Source: Chromera velia
Taxonomy: Eukaryota
NCBI GenBank assembly: GCA_018398765.1
Contig: JAHBMJ010000413.1
Span: 1-48,197 of the forward strand
Length of the DNA stretch: 48,197 nt
Reading direction: 5' to 3'
The notes under the pieces were generated by a model that ran no database searches, was not told the DNA's origin, and saw only the letters and a program-made list of their open reading frames with translations. Position numbers and translations under genes: made by a program. The first letter of the stretch is position 1; each line of letters begins with the position of its first letter. Positions 37,893 through 48,197 of this stretch are shown in pieces.

Positions 37893-39919
37893 TCGCCCCT
37901 CCTTCTCTCGCTTCCTTCCATGCCTTCGTGATTTTGTTCTTTCGGGGACTGATCCATTTTTTACCCGCGGGTGCACTTACATCGTACTCAGCGCTTCAAT
38001 CATCCGTGCGATCATCAGTTCTCAACTTTCAGTTCTCTGCCGTCCCCAGAGATTCTGCATCCCGAGGCACTCTGGAACCTTTTGCCGGCTGCAGAGAAGC
38101 AGTTTTGCAGAGCAGCAGGGGCGAAAGTCGGGGAAAGGCGCGATCAGGTCTGAAGCCGAGAAGCGCACTTACTCTCTTATTTTTTTGCTGGAGAGAAGAG
38201 TGTGAAGAACAGAGTGAAATTCTCAAATAATGAGCAATGAAGCATAGAACTCCTCCAGATGGACCGCTCGTGCACATTTTTCTCCTGCAAGCACCGGGCT
38301 TGCTGATGTGGACTGACTATGGCAGCCCAGCGGGTATCAGAAGGCCCAAAGCTGCAAAGATGGACGTTGCTGCTACTGTAATTCGATCATTATCAGGCGA
38401 CACTGCGTGCCATTTTCTGGCACAATGAAGTCAGAAACTTCAGACTTCTCACAAAGAAGCTTGCAAGAACAGCACGAGACATGGAAAAGCCTTTCAAGAA
38501 TTATGGCAGAAAGTGACAGTTCCAGAGTGTGCATGGGGAAAACGTGCGTCAGAATGAAACAACATATATATCAATCATATCATAGTTGGTCGGGCAATTC
38601 GCCATGTTTCGCCCTTGAAGAGAGGCACTAAAAAGACAAAGATGCCGAAACGCGTTTCAATGAGAATTATGATCAAGTGTAAGGTTCAGGTAGCTCAAAT
38701 ATGAAACGGCTCTTAGGAATGGAATGCAGGTCGATACAATGAATCAGTGCAACATCATGATGCACCAGAATTCACCAGATCATGCATGCGCCGCGAACAG
38801 AAGAGCCAAACATTTGAAAGCGCGGCCGGGGCCCTGCCAGGCTGCGGGCCCATGCAGAGGCTGCAACCAATGTATCAATACGCAATTTTAATCAAGGCAC
38901 TCACCGAAAATTTCGCGTGTGTCCCGATATGTCCCGATCGATCGAAATCGCAAACTCTCTGCTTGGCACTCAACAGATCGTTCGATTAGCCAGAAAAGAC
39001 GTCAAACAACAACTCATTGCAGCCACAGTTTTCGTTCCTGTTCAAAGGCAACACAGACGAAAGCAAACTCAGTCGAGCTGGGGCATTTCCACATGCGGTC
39101 TGTGCCACCCTGTGCACTTTTTTCGAATCGGAAAGCATTCTGAGGCTTCACTACTTGTCTCCTCAGCTGTGTCAATCAGACTAAATCGGGTACTCTGATA
39201 TGATAGAATCGATCAAACTGACGAGGAAGTCACCGTTAGCGTTCGCGCTACGCCAGAACAGCACGCGTCAAGCCAGCGACAATCGGTCGTTGGCCTGGCA
39301 GGAGGAGTGAGCGGACGATGGCGATGCTCGCAGGCTCTCGACGCCCTTGCAAGACAGCCTTCAAGCTGCACCCAACAACCTGGAGAGGGATTTATATCTC
39401 TACACCCTGCATGTGTACTTCACAGACAGCAGTGCACAACAACTTGGAACAGGCATCATGTTTGCAACACCGCTCACCCCTGACTGCAAACCAATTCCGT
39501 TTCTCACGCAGACAGCGGTGATTGACAGGACCGGGTGGAGCTTCAACCTGGACAGAAATTGGAGCAAGATGTTCGGAGGAGGAACACTTAGCGAAGAGAA
39601 TTGGAGACATCTGTACGACAACAGACCTGGGCTTGCAGGGGTGAGGGCGACTTTCAACAACAAATACGTGATCACCCAGGCAACAGACACAAAACTTAAG
39701 GTACGTCGAAAAGAAACAAATTTCAAACTGAACTGAACCTAAAACTGAAAAGAACATTTGAAGAAACAACAGAGAAAACATTGACGCACTCATACAACAG
39801 CAAAAGAGACTCGTGCATCCTTCCAAATAGAAGTTTGCCCACCTTTTTCAGACCCTTTTATAAATTCGAACAACGATTTTTGAATTCCGAAGAGCTGCAA
39901 CAAATAGCAACAGTTTTCA

Positions 39920-40488
39920 ATCATTCAATCGCTCGTTCATTCATTCATTCATTCATTCATCCATCCATCCATCCATCCATTCATTCATTCATGCATTCAT
40001 TCGTCCATTCATTCATTCATTGGTGGATTCATTCATTCAATCGCTCGTTCATTCATTCAATGACATTCATTCATTCATTCATTCATTCATTCATTCATTC
40101 ACTCACTCATTCATTCATTTACTCACTCATTCATTCATTCATTCATTCATTCATTCATTCATTCATTCATTCGTCCATTCAATGGTGGATTCATTCATTC
40201 AATCGCTCGTTCATTCATTCATTCACTCACTCATTCATTCATTTATTGATTCGTCCATTCATTCATTTTTTTTTCTTCAAGTAATTTATGTAGGGTTTAT
40301 TCATGCATTCATTCATTGGTAGATTCATTCATTCAATCGCTCGTTCATTCATTCATTCACTCACTCACTCATTCATTCATTCATTCATTCATTCATTGAT
40401 TCATGCATTTATCTGATCAGGCAGACATGCACGCAGCAGTCACTTACTCACTTACTCACTCACTCACTCACTCACTCACTCACTCACA
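39920..40488. repeat. (TTCA)n/(ACTC)n microsatellite tract, intronic
   Basis: Visible tetranucleotide runs with a recurring CAATCGCTCGTTCATTC higher-order unit. Confidence 0.95.
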
Positions 40489-40794
40489 GTGTCTCCCTCG
40501 CTTGCTCTCTCGCTTTCTTCAGTCAGTCAGTCTGTCGGCCAGCCAGCCAGCTTGAAAGCCGCTCAGCTACTCAATAGGACTCAGTCATGCACCAAGCCAG
40601 TCAATTCGGCAGTCAGGCTTCTGCATGAGCCGTGAGTTTCTCGGTACACTCACAGAGATGCGCAGAGGGGTAAAAGAAAGTGAACGACTCACCGCAATTC
40701 ATCTTTGCACTTGACGTCCATGTAGAGCTCCTTCCAGACTGCAATGCCATGCACACTCGAGAGGTACATTGATCAGGAACATATCACAGACGCA

Positions 40795-41040
<246 letters not shown>

Positions 41041-42782
41041 TGATTGAAGGGCTGTCTCATCTACATGGCTCTTTCAAATCCTCTCAATAAGTCTTCATGA
41101 CTCTGTGTCTCTGTCGGTGATGCTGTTTTTTTTTTCTGTCTGTCTGCCTGAATACGCGTCCCTCTCAGACTGCGTGCCTGCCATGTGTTCCTGGCCGCCT
41201 TCCTGGAAGCGCTAGGAAGCCTTAGCCTGCCTGTCTACGTGTCTGTGTGCAAAAAAAAAAGTGAGAGATCAACTTGCATCTAACGTACGTACTTGCAGAA
41301 GCTTCAGACGATCCTCGGGGAGGAGACCAGAGAGCAGACCTTCTTCGATGTCGATGCCAACGGTGCGATCCCTCCATATATCGTACCGGTAGATCTGGAA
41401 GGACGACTGGACTCCAACGAGGTCGACAGACTGATCGACAGATTGGTTGGTCAAGGATTACTCCAGAATAGGAAGGAACACAATCGGGCTTGCAAGTAAA
41501 ATTTCACGAACGCATCCATCCTTATGTCCCCCGTCTGCAAATTCTTTTTTGTCATCCTGAGGCTCGAGTCATGATCGCTTTTCTTTCTATCTTGCGGTCT
41601 TTTGCGTATGTCTCCATCGATTTTTCATACTGAAACCCGGCCTTTACTCGATCGTTCAGCCGTTCTCCCTGAAGTTCCTCCCTCACCCTTTGCATACAAT
41701 CGAGCTTCTTCCATTCATGCTGACGTCTCACAAAGTATTTATAAAGGAAAGAAGTCCTCAGAACCTTTTCAACTCTCGAAAATCATTCATTTTCACCCCC
41801 CTTCGGACTGACATTTCATGAATTTCACGCATGTTCAAGCTTTCTGCACCTCCCTTCTTTGACTACTCTTCTATGACTTCCTTCCTTTGACCACTTACCT
41901 CTGCTGCAGTGACACAGGATTCCAGCTCCCCATTCCCGCGCTGTCTCTGGAGGCCGACCCTGTTTCTCCTTCCCGCCCACTGCCAGATCGCAGTCTCCCC
42001 ATCCTCTCGTCGGACCGACTCTTTCTCCCCCTGCCAACGAAAGAGGGCAAGAGGCTGTTGACAGAGATGGTGGCAGGCAGCATCCCAGAGGGCCTGTCAG
42101 TTACCCCTGAGAAAACCCACTATCTAGCCCACTATGCCCTCCCGGATCTCTGAGAGGTACGAAGAAGGGTCCATACCATCCTCGAAGCGTTCCCCCCCCC
42201 AAAGCTAGACCCGAACACCCCTGAAAATCCTGTAAGGAATCCCCTGCTCTCTGCAGACACGATTCTCTCTTTCCGCCTCATAATCGAAGTCACACAGCTG
42301 ATTTCGTGGAATGCTAAACCAATCTCGAGAGCGAGAACGGCGGTAGCACAGGGAGAGTATTTTGTGGATGCCCTGATTTCCACTCTTGGGGTCTCCCAGC
42401 CCCGAAAACCAGGGCAAACACTGCTTATGGCAGCAAGAGAGAAGTTGTGACTCAAGGAGACCCCAGCCAACCCGACCCCAATCAGAGAATTCATTCAGGC
42501 TGTGACATAGGAGCACCCTCTTACACACCCCAACTGGGAGTCCCTTAAATTTCTGGGAGATGGAGGGGCTAGGTACCTCCAGTGCCTGAGGAGCGTGATA
42601 TGGGGGGAGGACAATCCAGAATTGGTGGAACAGTACCACACCAATGCCCTATTCAGTCAGCACTCGAGGCTCAGTTACCTCGACCGTCTTGTCGTTCCGA
42701 GAGCTGAGAGGGATGCAGGTCGAAGTCTGTTGTTAATGGGTGGTCCGAAAGGGGATGAGACTGAAATTCCCCCTATATACTA

Positions 42783-43405
42783 TGTAAGCAGAATACGGGG
42801 CTAGAACTCTCAACGCTAACGATGTGCATTCAGAGTTCATAGACTATAAGAGTTTGACCTAGAGAGGTTTGTACATTGTTCCTTCGATCAAGCCAGTCTA
42901 ACGATCGTTAGCGATCGTTAGCTAATTCGAATGCATGCAGATCGATGTCACTTTATTCAGTCCTGCACCAAGCCATACTTATTGAAGTCCGCGCGCGCAT
43001 TGCCACGGCGCCGCCGGCCTCGCGGCTCCGCCACTCCGCGGGTCCGTCGCATACTCGCCGCTCGTAGCCTGCCTACACCTGCCCGCTGCTTTGAAACCGA
43101 CGTCCACGCTTGGTTCCAGTGCCTGCACACATCCATAACTAATCGACCTCGTGGCATTGATTAATAACATGCACCTGCACACTTCATCGAACCATAAATG
43201 AACGAAGCAAGTCAGAATGCAGAGTCCGACCCCCATACTGCCACCCTGCATCTATGCATGATGCAGGATAGAATTGCTTTCTGCCTCGAATCACTTACCA
43301 AGGAATTTCATCTTCCCAAAACTCATACACACGCATTCCACTCCACAAACCTCTTAGTTCTGCCCATACTGATTTCACCTCTCTACTTCTTAATTGCCAC
43401 CTACA
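42783..43405 (-). repeat. Putative 3' LTR (TGTAGG...CTTACA) preceded by a purine-rich tract
   Basis: Minus strand reads GGAGAAAGAGAAGCAAGCAACGGGCAGG|TGTAGG at 43405, with a CTTACA end at 42783. The partner LTR is not in the window, and an alternative start at 43077 exists. Confidence 0.5.
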
Positions 43406-46400
43406 CCTGCCCGTTGCTTGCTTCTCTTTCTCCTGCTGTCTCTTCTTTTCTTTGAAGGCATGCAATGCCTCCTTTGCATGTGTCAGGTTGACAACAGGCT
43501 CCCATGATGCATTCTCTTTACTTTCTCCTTCCCACCACACCAGGTAGTGCGCCTGTTTGTCTATCTTTCTGTGGTTGAGAATCTCTTTTACTTCATACTC
43601 AATCTCTTCTGATGTAGGCAACCGAACAGCAGGCAGAGGATCATCCTTCCTTCTCTCATACTTCTTCAGGTATGATACATTAATCACATTGTGACCCTTC
43701 ATTCCTGCAGGGAATATGAGCTCATACGCGTTGCTCCCCACCTTTCTCTCTACCTCGAATGGTCCATAAAATACAGGCTCAAGCTTCCCGCTTGGCTTTC
43801 TGCTTCCCTTAAAATATGTATTGCGTACAAGCAAAAAATCCCCTGGAGCAAATAAAACCTCTTGTCTGTGTGGATCTACTTGTCGAGCTACTCGTTCTCT
43901 TGCTTGCTCAAGTCTCTCCTTTGCTCTCATGATTTCTGCCTCTCTGCGATCTGCAAAGTCTGCTGCTGGCGGACAGAATGACTTAAAACGCACAAAGACA
44001 GAAGGCAGGCGAATCGGGTCACATCCATACAGAAAGCGAAAAGGAGACATGCCTGTGGCTGGATGCACCGAATCACGATATGCAAACTGACAAGAACACA
44101 ACCACTTCGGCCAGTCCGTTTGATGCTCGTTCATGAAACAACGCAACATCTGTTCGATGGTCTGGTTGTCTCTCTCTGTCTGTCCATCTGACTGTGGGTG
44201 TCCTCTTGTGCTCATATTCAATTTTGTGCCCCACAGCCGAGCGAGTTCCTTCCAAAATGCAGAGAAAAAACGAGGATCACGGTCACTGACCACTGATTGG
44301 AGCATCCCATGCTCGCAGACAATCCTCTCAAAGACCACCTCGGCTGTCCCTTCTGCTGTAATCTCTTGTGAGACTGCAGCAAAGAAAAGAGTTTTGGAGA
44401 GGCGATCAACCATAAAGAGGATTCCATCTACCTCTTCTCCTTTAAACACCACCCTCGGGAGTCCAAATATAAAATCAACAGAAATAGACTAAAAAGAAAA
44501 TTCAGGAATAGATAGAGGTTGGAGCAATTCATACTGCTTCTCAGTCGGCCTCTTTGCTCTTTGACAGGCATCACACTTTCTGACGTACTGAACAACCGAT
44601 GCATACATATGTGGCCAATAGAAACTCCCTGCCAGTTTTAAATATGTTTTCTCTGCCCCCAAATGCCCCCCTGCGGCCGTATCATGATGTTCATAGATGA
44701 GGTTTCTTTGTAGTCTCTCTGTCGGGATGGCCAGTCTGTCATTAAAATAGAGCAGTCCGTCTTCTATCTGAAACCTCGGAAGAATCAGCCGCAAGTGTCG
44801 AAGACCAGGCACCTCTTTCTCAGGATCTTTGTCAGGGTCTTCAATTTGGAGCCTTGCTTCAAGCACTTCCTTCACCTCCATCCAGAATTTCTCTTCTTCA
44901 TATCCTTTCCTTATCCTTTCCAGTAATTCCTCATCCGGTTGCACTCTTGATTCCATTTGCAACAATTGACACACTTCTTTTCTTTCTTTATCTTTTTCTT
45001 CTTTCTGAGCGTTCACCCCAGGGCACCTGCTCAGCGCATCTGCCACGCGATTCCAAGCACCGGGCACATACCTTGGAGTGATACCAATCTCGTCGAACAT
45101 GCTGACAAATCTGCGCATACGTGGAGACATTAAGGTACGGTCAGCGGACACATTCACATATTTAAGAGACTCATGATCTGACCACACCTTAGTTGTGTGA
45201 CTAACGTACGGCCTCCACGATTTGACCGCAAACACGCAGGAAAGAAATTCTTTATCTCTGATCGGATACTTGAGCTCTGCCTGTGTCATTCTATGTGATG
45301 CAAATGCACACGGACGGAGCCAGCCGATCTCAGGATCTTCCTGCATGAGTGCGGCAGCGAGCGTTTCTGTCGATTCGCACGCATCCACAAAAATTTCGAA
45401 GGGACGCGCAAGGTCAGGAATGTAGAGTTCGACAGTATTTTTTACTGCTTGCTTTACTGCTTCAAAGCTTTCTTCCTCTTTCTTCCCCCATTTAAACGAT
45501 TTGTTTCCCTTCAGCAATACATACAAAGGGCCTGCTTTCTCACTGAAGCGAGGGACAAACCATCTCACCCAATTTGCAAACCCCAAAAACGAAAGCACTT
45601 CATTTCTGTTCTTAGGAGTAGGCCACTTACTGACTTGGTCTGTCTTGCTCTGCTCGGGCCGCACTCTGGTCCTGGAGATCTTCAGCCCGAGAAATGTTAC
45701 CTCAGTCTGCATAAAATAGCATTTCGACAATTTTGCATACAATTTATTTTCACTTAACAAACGTAAAACAATTCTGATGTGTCTCTTATGCTTTTCTCTT
45801 GTACGTGAATAAATCAGAATGTCATCCAGAAAAACCGAAACAAAACGGTCAAGACAAGAGCGAAGAGCAAATTGAATTAACCTCATCGCTGCAGGAGGCG
45901 CGTTTGTCAACCCAAACGAAACAACCAGCCACTCAAAAGAACCATAGCGTGTAGTGAAAGCTGTTTTTGGGATGTCTTCTTCTCTGACCCTCATTTGATG
46001 ATAATACTGTCTGAGGTCCAGTGTCGTGAAGAACCGGGCCCTATGCAATCGATCAATCAACTCTTGCGGGTGAGGGAGGGAAATTTTCAATGCTTGTCTT
46101 TGATAGTAATGCGATTCAAGCTAGTGTAGTCACAGCATATTCTCATCGAGCCATCTTTCTTTTGTACAAAAAGAACAGGCGCAGCATAAGGAGAAGCAGA
46201 CGGTTGGATGAATCTTTGTTCAAGGTATGTATCTATCTGTCTCCTCAGCTCATCTGTCTCTCCCACTGACAGCCGATAAGGCGAACGGGCAGGAGGTGAA
46301 TGACCGGGCTCAAGTTCGATTTTGAAATCCAAATGAGGTCCTCTTGACAGTGGCAGATAAGAGAGACGATCGGGAAAAAGAGACGCACGATCTGCCACAA

Positions 46401-46944
46401 TTCCTTTCACATCCTGAGAAACATCCGCATCTGATCGAGAGAGAAAAGCACACACGTCCGACAAATCAAGGGCCGACCGAGCAGGATGATCAGACGGAAG
46501 AGAAGAGAGAAAGTCAGAAGAAAGAAAATCAGAACCTACGTTCCCTCCATCATTCATTCTCCCCTTTCCTTTTCCCTCACTCACTTCAGTTGCATGCACG
46601 AAGCACTCCAGTTCCCCCTCTTCTGCAGGCTAGTGTGCCGTCTCCATTCTCACGATGTGGCAGACAGCACCTTTTTGAATTGCTCGTTTGGCCTGCGCAA
46701 AAGAAAGAACAGGAGGGCAAGGTTAGTTCTCTTCATATGCACCCCCCCGAATAATGACTTCCTGGCCGTTAAAGAAGAAATAAAGAGAACGAGACCAATG
46801 ACCAAGTTCTGGTTGGTGGACGTCACTCCATTTTCTTCCTAAGATGACATCATAGTCGTCCAGGTCAGCCAGTAAATTTATTGAATGCACCGACTGTCTC
46901 TCGATACCCCTGAATACGAAGGGGAACAGAAGGTGCATACTCAC
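43295..46944 (-). pseudogene. pol: Disrupted pol (protease remnant, RT, RNase H, integrase, chromodomain)
   Basis: [50 protein letters not shown] (RNase H), HH...GHLG...CDAC (integrase Zn), VSDRDPRF and HPQSDGQTER (DDE), GPF, EYEVKEIL...YLVWWEG...SWEP (chromo). Lesions: TAG at 44489, frameshift at ~46090, TAA at 46723, and no DSG/DTG protease site. Confidence 0.9.
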
Positions 46945-46979
46945 TGACCTCTCGTCCTCTGGGCTCCTTCACGGCCACC

Positions 46980-48197
46980 CTACATCTCATCGGGGTCCCA
47001 AACCGTCAGGTCGGGTTCGACCACGGTCTCGTCATTCTCGTTTTGGCCTCTGATCGTCCTTACCCCAGCTACCCGTCTCGATCCAGCCTTGCGCGCTGGT
47101 TGATGTCCACTCGGCTGAGGTTGAGGCGACTCGCCGAAAGAGGGAGACCATGTACGTCTTCTGTCACCGAAGCTAAAGCCTCTTCCAGGTGACATGGGTG
47201 AACTTGGACTGTCACCTCTCTGTCCAGACCTCCCTCTCCCCCCTGTAGGTTGAGTGACTTGATTGATGGGATACGGGAAGGGAAGGGATGGGTAAGGAGG
47301 AGGTGGCCAGGGGTACCCAGGCGTCGCCTCAAAACCCGGGACGAAAGGGGTAAATCCTGGAGATGCCCTGGGCGGCCATGGAGATCTGGATTGAGACGTC
47401 GTTTGAATGGTCCGCATATGTGGAGGAAGTTGAGGTCCATTCCTACACGCAGCCATCATGTGGGTGTTCTCCCCACATAGAAGACACCGATTCAGTCTCC
47501 CCCTGCTCTCCCACACCGTCTGTGGAATCAATGGGTATCGGGGTGGAAGTCTTCTCGAAGGTCGCACCCCAACACCACACAATTCCATGGGAGCCGGTCC
47601 CGTGGGATCAATCACCGGACTCGGATCAGACGGGGGCCCTCGCGACCAACGGCTTCGAGAGCGCGAACTGGCCTGCTTGAGCCAGATTTCGCTGTCCAAC
47701 GCCTTCTCCATTGCTTCGTTCAATGTTGCCGGCTCCATCCTGTCAGTCTCATATATAATCCCAGGCGGCAAACCCTCAATATAGTCCTCTACGAGATCCT
47801 CCTCACTCGCATTTGTGATCTTCAACGTGAGAAGGGAGAATTCTTTGTTGTAGTCGTCAACCGTCCCTGTGCACCTGAGGGACAACACCTGCTTTCTCGC
47901 CTTCCTCCTCTCATGTTTCTCGTTATACCTGCGTCGCAGCACCTCACGCAACGCAGGCCAGTCTGCAAACCCCATACCTCTCTTCATACGTAAATCGAAC
48001 CAGTCCCTCAGCTCCTTGCACAGGAAGGACTTCGTGAGGCCAAGCTGACGATGAGGAGCAACATTCACATTGGTAAAGTAGTTGTTGGTGTCCATAATAA
48101 ACCTCTCCACAATGTCGCGGCGTCCAGTGAACTTGTCTGGCTGCTTCAGTGCAATCCGGGGAAGCTGCTCTCGTAGATCAGGGCCCTGAGAGGGCAC
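46980..48197 (-). CDS. gag: Retrotransposon Gag (5'-partial) with CCHC zinc knuckle
   Basis: PDKFTG...F...YF, LRCTGTVDDYNKEF, YIEGL, GPAPMEL and CLLCGENTHMMAAC (CX2CX4HX4C). Confidence 0.9.
   Translation of the reverse strand: MPSQGPDLREQLPRIALKQPDKFTGRRDIVERFIMDTNNYFTNVNVAPHRQLGLTKSFLCKELRDWFDLRMKRGMGFADWPALREVLRRRYNEKHERRKARKQVLSLRCTGTVDDYNKEFSLLTLKITNASEEDLVEDYIEGLPPGIIYETDRMEPATLNEAMEKALDSEIWLKQASSRSRSRWSRGPPSDPSPVIDPTGPAPMELCGVGVRPSRRLPPRYPLIPQTVWESRGRLNRCLLCGENTHMMAACRNGPQLPPHMRTIQTTSQSRSPWPPRASPGFTPFVPGFEATPGYPWPPPPYPSLPFPYPINQVTQPTGGRGRSGQRGDSPSSPMSPGRGFSFGDRRRTWSPSFGESPQPQPSGHQPARKAGSRRVAGVRTIRGQNENDETVVEPDLTVWDPDEM

Larger units (their letters stand above)
42783..48197 (-). mobile_element. 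Ty3/Gypsy chromovirus-type LTR retrotransposon, decayed; 5' end outside the window
   Basis: Domain order gag - protease remnant - RT - RNase H - integrase - chromodomain on the minus strand, followed by a putative 3' LTR. Confidence 0.95.

Overview
Eukaryotic, intron-rich, microsatellite-laden nuclear DNA. The splice style, TGCATGCA-rich upstream regions and gene content suggest an alveolate such as a chromerid, but this is inference only. Most ORF-track entries are simple-repeat or shadow ORFs, so the genes below were rebuilt by hand from GT-AG boundaries and reading phase. In order, the window holds: (1) an intronless enolase-phosphatase E1; (2) a small two-exon secreted four-Cys peptide; (3) head-to-head with it, an 11-exon signal-peptide-bearing Ser/Thr kinase with DTD in place of DFG; (4) a minus-strand gene encoding RCC1-like repeats, four one-exon Sushi/CCP-like modules and a TM helix, with an in-frame TAG in the last module; (5) a DHHC palmitoyltransferase; (6) a secreted ependymin-related (LolA-fold-like) protein; (7) an AT-rich block of non-autonomous TIR elements, one with a perfect 8-bp TSD and a tRNA-like relic; (8) a 6-copy ~1.1-kb tandem array of a decayed spliced fragment; (9) a Dicer-like RNase III pseudogene with in-frame stops, ending at (10) a decayed chromodomain-bearing Ty3/Gypsy retrotransposon that runs off the right edge.
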